A stretch of 64,000 nt of DNA, taken from the NCBI GenBank assembly GCA_964019335.1, contig OZ025723.1, positions 402,626-466,625 of the forward strand, written 5' to 3'. Source of the stretch: Diplonema japonicum (Eukaryota > Protista > Euglenozoa: Diplonemea). The translations under genes and the position numbers were made by a program. The notes below the pieces were generated by a model that did not search any database, was not told where the DNA came from, and worked only from the letters and a program-made list of their open reading frames with translations. This document shows positions 57,909 to 64,000 of this stretch, piece by piece. The stretch's first letter is position 1; each line of letters starts with the position of its first letter.

Positions 57909-60900
57909 GTGGCAAACCCGTGTGTGTGGAAGGGTCAGGGGTGCCACGACGAGTGCAAAAAGGCGGTGCGAAGGGAAGGGGAATACACGACCCCCCCGCC
58001 GGCCCCGACGAGGACCGAGTTACCCAGCCTGGAAGCCATAGCTGCCATGAACGTCACGACCATGGGGTCGATCCCGACGAGCCTTCAAAGACTGTGGGGG
58101 CTTACCCTTAAGCACACTCTGGGCCGGGCGGTGAAGGACAACACAGAGGAGGCTTGGCTGCTGGTGGCGATGCTCCCCAAAGCCTGCCTGTGGAAGAAGA
58201 GGGGAGGGAAGAAGCGGGACAAGGAGACGGAGCTGAGTGTCCAGGCCAGATTGGAGGAGTGGGAGAAGGGAAATTACATGGCCCTCTGGAATAAGCTGGA
58301 ATCAGGTGAGAAGGGGGAACCTAAGAACGACGAGGTCTCTAAGGTCGCCAGGGCCACGGAACTGTGCAGCAAAGGGAGGTTCTCGGCAGGAAACGCGGCG
58401 CTTGTAGCCCAGGGGCTGGCGGAAGACAATGAGGATTGTTGGAGAGCGCTGCAGAGCAAACATCCAGAGCCACTACACCCCCAATGGGACAACCCGGCGA
58501 AGACGAAGGAAGCGGTAGAAGTCTTGCCGGAAGAAGTGCTGGACGCAATCAGGGACTTCCCGAGGGGGACTGCTGCGGGACCGACTGGTCTGAGAGCCCA
58601 GCACATCAAGGACGCGGTGGACGGAGCTTTTGAGTCTCAAGGCTGTTTGATGTCGGTGACGAGGGCAGTCAACGCATTAGCTAGAGGCACGGCCCCTAGG
58701 GAGGTGGCTCCGCTGATGGCAGGGGCGAACCTTGTAGCCCTCAAGAAGAACGACAGGGACGTGCGGCCCATAGCCGTTGGGGATGTGCTGCGTCGGCTGG
58801 TGGGGAAATCCCTTGTGAAGAAGATCGCTCCGGAAGTGGCCTCTTCGTACCTGAAGAAAGGCGGCCAGGTGGGGGTATCGGTCCCTGCTGGAATGGAGGC
58901 GGCTATACACACCATCAGGCAGTATGTGGACAGGGAACGGGGCAACAAGCAGGAAAACAAGGTGATCCTCAAGATCGACTACGCCAACGCCTTCAACAGT
59001 GTTTGTCGGAGACAGCTGTGCTCACAGGCCTATGAGCAAGCGTCGGGGCTGTATGCGTGGGCCGATTGGTGCTACAGGGTGCCCTCCCAATTATACTACA
59101 ACGGAAAGGTGATTAAGTCCCAGGAAGGGGTGCAACAGGGGGACCCGATGGGACCACTGCTGTTCTCTCTGGCCATCCAACCCCTGGTGAACAAGATAAG
59201 TGAAGACTGCAACCTGGACATCCTCCAGTTCTACCTGGACGATGGCGTCCTTGTGGGGAATGTGGATGAAGTGAGAAAGGCGTACAACATCTTGTGTGAG
59301 CTGAGCGGAATGATAGGGCTGAAAGTGAAACCCCAGAAGTGCGAGCTCATATGGGTTAGTGGCGACCTCCCCCAGACAGTGGAGGACACAGGCTTCGATG
59401 GCCTGACAGAAGAGAATTTCCACAAAGAGAGGAACTTCATGCTCCTGGGGGCGCCGATAGGATCGCCGGAGTACACGCAAGCCTTTCTGAACAAACGCTT
59501 GGACGCGCTGGAAGAGAACTTCGACATGCTGACCAAGGTGGGGAGGCAGACAGGGTACACACTTCTCCGGTATTGCAGCTCATACAGCAAACTGGTGTTT
59601 TACATGAGAGTGGTCCCAGACTCGCATGTGGGAGGGGTCATGCACAGGTTCGACGAGATGGTGCGGAAGACGATGTCGAAGGTGTGCGGCATGCAGTTCG
59701 AGAACGGGTCGAAAGAATGGCAGCAGGCGAAACTGTCCGTAAAAGTCGGTGGGCTTGGGATGAGGAGCTGCCAGGAGCACCTGCGCGCGGCCAACATGGC
59801 TTCGAGGGCGTCGACGATGAAGCTGTGCAAGGAGCTGGATCCCAAATACGAACATGGGCTGGAAGGGGGTGTATGGGGGAGCTGGCTCGAGTGGTTCAAC
59901 AGGACGAAGGGCGGCATGCAGATTACACCCGACATGGTGGCCAAGGCCCCCCACATCTGCAGCCAGAGGTGGCTCTCTAGGGTGCTTGATGAGAAGGCTC
60001 TGGAGGACCTCTTGGCGAAAGCAGATGCACGCTCGAGAGCGAGGTTGATGTCGGAGTCAATGCACTATGCGGGGGCGTGGTTGACGGCGACGCCTGACTT
60101 CTACAACCAGCTGTCGGACAACGAGTTTGGGGCTCTGATCAAGTGGTGGTTGGGGGCTCCGGTCTACAAGCAGGGTGAGAGCTGCCACGACCCGAGGTGC
60201 AAGACTGAGGGGATGGACGTATGGGGTGACCATGCCCAGGGATGCGGCAACGCCAGGATTGCGAGGCACGACCGGGTGAAGGAGACCATCCACAGACACT
60301 GTCAGTGGGCCGGGGTGAGCGCAACGATGGAGAAGACGGGGCTGATCCCGGGGTCGTCCCAGCGCCCGGCGGACGTGTTCTTCCCAGGTGGGGTGGGGGG
60401 TTCCCGCCCAATGGCTATGGACGTGGTCATCGTGCACCCGAGGAACGAGTCTTGTGTCAACCAGGCGGCGAAGACTGCGGGGTACGCAGCGGCGAAGGCG
60501 GAACACTACAAGCGCCAGAAGTATGAGGCGGAGCTCGCCAAGACACGCGTGGCCTTTGTACCTTTCGCGATGGAGACCTTTGGGGGGTTCGGGGAGGCAG
60601 CAGTCTACCTCACGAAGAAACTGTCCAGGAGCATAGCTGCGCGGGCTCACGGGGACAGAGTCTCGATACACAGGCGTGTGGTCCAAGAGGTGTCAACGGC
60701 CATGATGAGATCGATAGCAGGGGCGCTGTTAGTCAAAGGGCCTGTACAGTTGGATCCCGGGCCCCCGGTACCGGACGGCGAAGAGGAAAAAAAGGACAAC
60801 GAGGAAGCGAACAACGAACCCAACACTGAATCCAACACTGACCTCACAGAGGACTCCTTCGGCAATGAAAAAACCACCGAAGCTGAGGAGTCGTCCGAGA

Positions 60901-62816
60901 GGGAAGTGAAGGGACAGGGAGGCGGACCCCCAATCACGGTGGCCCACCAGCTGGATGCCCTTCTGGAGCAGACGAAGAAGGACCTGGACGCCCGAATGCA
61001 GCAGCAGCGAAAGGCGGAACCGATGGAGGGTGGAACACAAGGGAAAGCGGGAGCAGGACTCGAAGCAGCCTCGCCGGGAGGAGAAGACACGGAGATGGCC
61101 GGAACAGGATCCAGCGAGAGGGCTGGGCAGGGAGGGGAGCTTGACCCGAAGGCCCAGGAAGATGGGAAGAGACAAGGGGCGACTGACGCTGCGGTGAACC
61201 AGACCTTGGACGAGTGTCCTAAGGGGGATACGGAGGCCCAGAGGGACTCGAACAAGGGGGACCAGAGTGCGACAACTGCTACGAGGAAGATGACCGTGAG
61301 CGAATTCTGTAGGGAACAAGCTGCGAAGAGACAGGGCGGTGGGAGGACTCTGAAGCCGCAGGCGGATGACGCCCCCGAAGGGACCAAAGAGGGCGGGAAC
61401 GCACCGAGCGGAGGCAGCCAGTCGGGGCCTGACACACCTAGGGGTGGGATCCAGACGCCGGAGGGAGATCAGCTGATGGGAGTCGGGGCACCGGAAAGGG
61501 AACAGCAGGTGGAAGTAGGGGGAGACTTCGTTCAGCTTGACCCGATTGATGTGGTGATGGGCATCCCAATTCCGAGAGCGATGGTGCCACTGAGGGCGAG
61601 GCCGGGGGACCTGCTCAAGTTCATCATCCAGTTCGAGGGCCGGGTGGAGATCATCCTTGAAGAAGGAACGGACCCTGGAAGGGAGAGGACTGAGGAGATG
61701 CTTCTTGCGAAGGCCGAGTCGCTGGGTGTTCCGCTGGAGGTGGCTATGGCTGGCCAGATTGGTATCGCTGGACTTGGATACATGATGGTAAAGCAGTACT
61801 TCGCAAGCTTGGAAGGTGGGTCGGACGGAGAGCGCCGCAGCCGCATTGTGGGTTGTGAGGTGCAGAAGTCGGAAACATACCGCGAGTTCGAGTTCCCGAG
61901 GACGGTCCAGGATTTCCAGATCACGTACGCGTGTGGGTGTTCGGCGGTGCAACCTGTTCGTTTCAAGGGTGGCGTGCTCAAGGGGACTCTGGAAACGGCA
62001 TGGAGGGTGGTCAAGTTGCAGACCCGGGGGTGCAGACACCACCCGACACCGGGGAAGGAAGGGGTAGTGGGCATTGCGGCGGGAGCCGGCGCTACCAAGG
62101 TGACACTACGTGAGTTCTTGGAGAGGTGCGACGCAAGGATAAGGGCCCCAGTGGGAAAGGTCAAGGACCTGATCAAAGTGAAGGCGTGGGTGAGGGATGG
62201 AAGGAAGGTCACCCTCGACGTCTACGAGGGGAGGGGGCCCTGCGAGAAGGAGACGAGGCGCACTGTCCAGGACCATCTGCGGAAGATGGGTGTTGAAGAG
62301 GTCGACCTGCAGTCAGCGGTGGTGACGGTCCCGGGGTTGTTCGAGGACGTCTCCTTTGAGAGGTACCTTGGGCTGTTGGCCCGGAAGAAGGAGGAAGACA
62401 GGGAGAGGCGGCCTGAGGTGGTTGCCACGGACCTCCCCACCCTGGAAGAGCTGAAGTGGAGCAAGAAGGACAAGAAGCGGGCCCGGGCCCGATCGGCCAG
62501 TACTGACTCGGATTGTGTGGAGGGTGGCTACATCTATCTGAAGGGTACGGGGGCGGATGGCACCGTGGTCGAAGCCAACATATGCAGGGGTGAGCTCAAG
62601 GGGATGACCGGGCCCCAGTTCAAGTTCTTGGCGGAGCACAGGTTGATGGAAGAGCTGGGGAGCGACGACCTGGTGCGGGACACGGTCAAGGTGCGCAACA
62701 AGGAGAACTGGGCCCCGGTGAACAGTGCGGTGGCTTGGCTGCAGCTCGAGTCGGGGAGGGCACGGGTGGGGCCCATACCCCACAAGAAGAGGTCCAAAGG
62801 CTCGCTGGCCAGATAG
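57909..62816 (+). CDS. Retrotransposon polyprotein: reverse transcriptase + CCHC finger + restriction-like endonuclease + C-terminal extension
   Basis: AAGPTGLRAQH, RPIAVG..RRLVGK, KIDYANAFNS, GVQQGDPMGP, FYLDDG, LLGAPIG; CHDPRC..HAQGC; RHD, RPADV, MDV, K..KY, PFAMETFGG. The true start is probably upstream (57421 frame, frameshifted). Confidence 0.92.
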   Translation: MANPCVWKGQGCHDECKKAVRREGEYTTPPPAPTRTELPSLEAIAAMNVTTMGSIPTSLQRLWGLTLKHTLGRAVKDNTEEAWLLVAMLPKACLWKKRGGKKRDKETELSVQARLEEWEKGNYMALWNKLESGEKGEPKNDEVSKVARATELCSKGRFSAGNAALVAQGLAEDNEDCWRALQSKHPEPLHPQWDNPAKTKEAVEVLPEEVLDAIRDFPRGTAAGPTGLRAQHIKDAVDGAFESQGCLMSVTRAVNALARGTAPREVAPLMAGANLVALKKNDRDVRPIAVGDVLRRLVGKSLVKKIAPEVASSYLKKGGQVGVSVPAGMEAAIHTIRQYVDRERGNKQENKVILKIDYANAFNSVCRRQLCSQAYEQASGLYAWADWCYRVPSQLYYNGKVIKSQEGVQQGDPMGPLLFSLAIQPLVNKISEDCNLDILQFYLDDGVLVGNVDEVRKAYNILCELSGMIGLKVKPQKCELIWVSGDLPQTVEDTGFDGLTEENFHKERNFMLLGAPIGSPEYTQAFLNKRLDALEENFDMLTKVGRQTGYTLLRYCSSYSKLVFYMRVVPDSHVGGVMHRFDEMVRKTMSKVCGMQFENGSKEWQQAKLSVKVGGLGMRSCQEHLRAANMASRASTMKLCKELDPKYEHGLEGGVWGSWLEWFNRTKGGMQITPDMVAKAPHICSQRWLSRVLDEKALEDLLAKADARSRARLMSESMHYAGAWLTATPDFYNQLSDNEFGALIKWWLGAPVYKQGESCHDPRCKTEGMDVWGDHAQGCGNARIARHDRVKETIHRHCQWAGVSATMEKTGLIPGSSQRPADVFFPGGVGGSRPMAMDVVIVHPRNESCVNQAAKTAGYAAAKAEHYKRQKYEAELAKTRVAFVPFAMETFGGFGEAAVYLTKKLSRSIAARAHGDRVSIHRRVVQEVSTAMMRSIAGALLVKGPVQLDPGPPVPDGEEEKKDNEEANNEPNTESNTDLTEDSFGNEKTTEAEESSEREVKGQGGGPPITVAHQLDALLEQTKKDLDARMQQQRKAEPMEGGTQGKAGAGLEAASPGGEDTEMAGTGSSERAGQGGELDPKAQEDGKRQGATDAAVNQTLDECPKGDTEAQRDSNKGDQSATTATRKMTVSEFCREQAAKRQGGGRTLKPQADDAPEGTKEGGNAPSGGSQSGPDTPRGGIQTPEGDQLMGVGAPEREQQVEVGGDFVQLDPIDVVMGIPIPRAMVPLRARPGDLLKFIIQFEGRVEIILEEGTDPGRERTEEMLLAKAESLGVPLEVAMAGQIGIAGLGYMMVKQYFASLEGGSDGERRSRIVGCEVQKSETYREFEFPRTVQDFQITYACGCSAVQPVRFKGGVLKGTLETAWRVVKLQTRGCRHHPTPGKEGVVGIAAGAGATKVTLREFLERCDARIRAPVGKVKDLIKVKAWVRDGRKVTLDVYEGRGPCEKETRRTVQDHLRKMGVEEVDLQSAVVTVPGLFEDVSFERYLGLLARKKEEDRERRPEVVATDLPTLEELKWSKKDKKRARARSASTDSDCVEGGYIYLKGTGADGTVVEANICRGELKGMTGPQFKFLAEHRLMEELGSDDLVRDTVKVRNKENWAPVNSAVAWLQLESGRARVGPIPHKKRSKGSLAR

Positions 62817-63072
62817 GCCAGCGGGGGTGTGGGGGGCTGTTCTCCCCCCCCCCCCCGCCATAGGAAGATGTGAAACTTTTTTTTTTTTTTTTCTGAGAAA
62901 AAAAAAAAAGGGAAAAATAAAAGAATAGGGAACAGGTGCTACAACGGCCAGGCTAGATAGAATCACTTAGATTTTTTTTTTTTTTTCCTTTTTTTTTTTC
63001 TTTTTGTTTTTCTTTTTTTTTTTATTTTTCTGTTTTTCTTTTTCTTTTTGAAGTGGAACCATCTCGGTCGAC

Positions 63073-63112
<40 letters not shown>

Positions 63113-63568
63113 CTTTTTTCTTTTTTCTTTTGTGGTGATGTGTTTTTCCTGTTTTTGATTTTCTTCTTCCCCCGCTCTATGCTTTTTCGCATGGACATTG
63201 GTCACTCTGCCCCTTTCCCCTTTTTTGATTCTCCCTCTTTCCCCCTCCTAAATTTTACCCCCTGCCCCACTCATTCCTCCCTAGTATGTTTTTGAATTTG
63301 CCTCTTCTTCTTTTAAGCCTTTTTTGAGATTTTTATTTTTGAATTTTTATCATTTGGAGTCTTCTTCTTCCCCTCTCCCTCCCATAAAGAAAAAGAGAAA
63401 CCCATGCCTTCCTCCCAGGTTGGAACTTGATTGTCTGTTTTGGAATATTTTTATTTTCTCTTAAGATTTATCGTGCCTTGTGTGTCTTTTGAAGAAAAAA
63501 AAAAAACTCGATAAAATTTCAGTGTGCATGGGGGTGCTCACTGTTTGAAAAAAAAAAAAAAACATTCT

Positions 63569-64000
63569 GCAAACCCGCAAACCCGCAAACCCGCAAACCC
63601 GCAAACCCGCAAACCCGCAAACCCGCAAACCCGCAAACCCGCAAACCCGCAAACCCGCAAACCCGCAAACCCGCAAACCCGCAAACCCGCAAACCCGCAA
63701 ACCCGCAAACCCGCAAACCCGCAAACCCGCAAACCCGCAAACCCGCAAACCCGCAAACCCGCAAACCCGCAAACCCGCAAACCCGCAAACCCGCAAACCC
63801 GCAAACCCGCAAACCCGCAAACCCGCAAACCCGCAAACCCGCAAACCCGCAAACCCGCAAACCCGCAAACCCGCAAACCCGCAAACCCGCAAACCCGCAA
63901 ACCCGCAAACCCGCAAACCCGCAAACCCGCAAACCCGCAAACCCGCAAACCCGCAAACCCGCAAACCCGCAAACCCGCAAACCCGCAAACCCGCAAACCC
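63569..64000. repeat. Perfect 8-bp tandem array (GCAAACCC)n = (TTTGCGGG)n on the minus strand, telomere-like
   Basis: 54 uninterrupted units running to the window edge. Confidence 0.95.

Larger units (their letters stand above)
57212..62920 (+). mobile_element. CRE/SLACS-clade non-LTR retrotransposon with 5' spliced leader
   Basis: SL, GC-rich leader, RT/CCHC/REL ORF, G/C hairpin at 62821-62858 and A-rich tail at ~62898-62920. The 3' boundary is approximate; no TSD was found. Confidence 0.85.

Noticed and set aside
63461-63996. Minus-strand RVCGFAGL-repeat ORFs
   Set aside because: They are translations of the 8-bp tandem array, open in all three frames.

Overview
Eukaryotic, gene-dense region, most likely from a diplonemid (Euglenozoa). 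About 31 host protein genes all lie on the + strand, with short spacers, pyrimidine/AG trans-splice-like acceptors and very small GT-AG introns (mostly 31-55 nt). The window contains two genomic copies of a euglenozoan spliced-leader (SL) exon. Recognisable genes include WBP11, SepSecS, Ubc13, two PPR proteins, a formin, an FCP1-type phosphatase, an SLC19 carrier, a La-motif/KH protein, SGT1, GPN2, two fatty-acid elongases and an intronless OAS-like nucleotidyltransferase. The most striking part is the last 11 kb. A CRE/SLACS-clade non-LTR retrotransposon (RT + CCHC + restriction-like endonuclease + a ~690-aa unknown tail with an internal duplication) starts exactly with an SL exon and an adenine-free leader. 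It truncates a secreted Cys-repeat gene rather than sitting in an SL-RNA array. An identical 62-nt SL+leader copy sits 33 nt upstream of a splice acceptor of an elongase gene. The window ends in a perfect (GCAAACCC)n array. A piggyBac-like deletion derivative lies at 39946-40637. All assignments come from motif recognition by eye; no searches were run.
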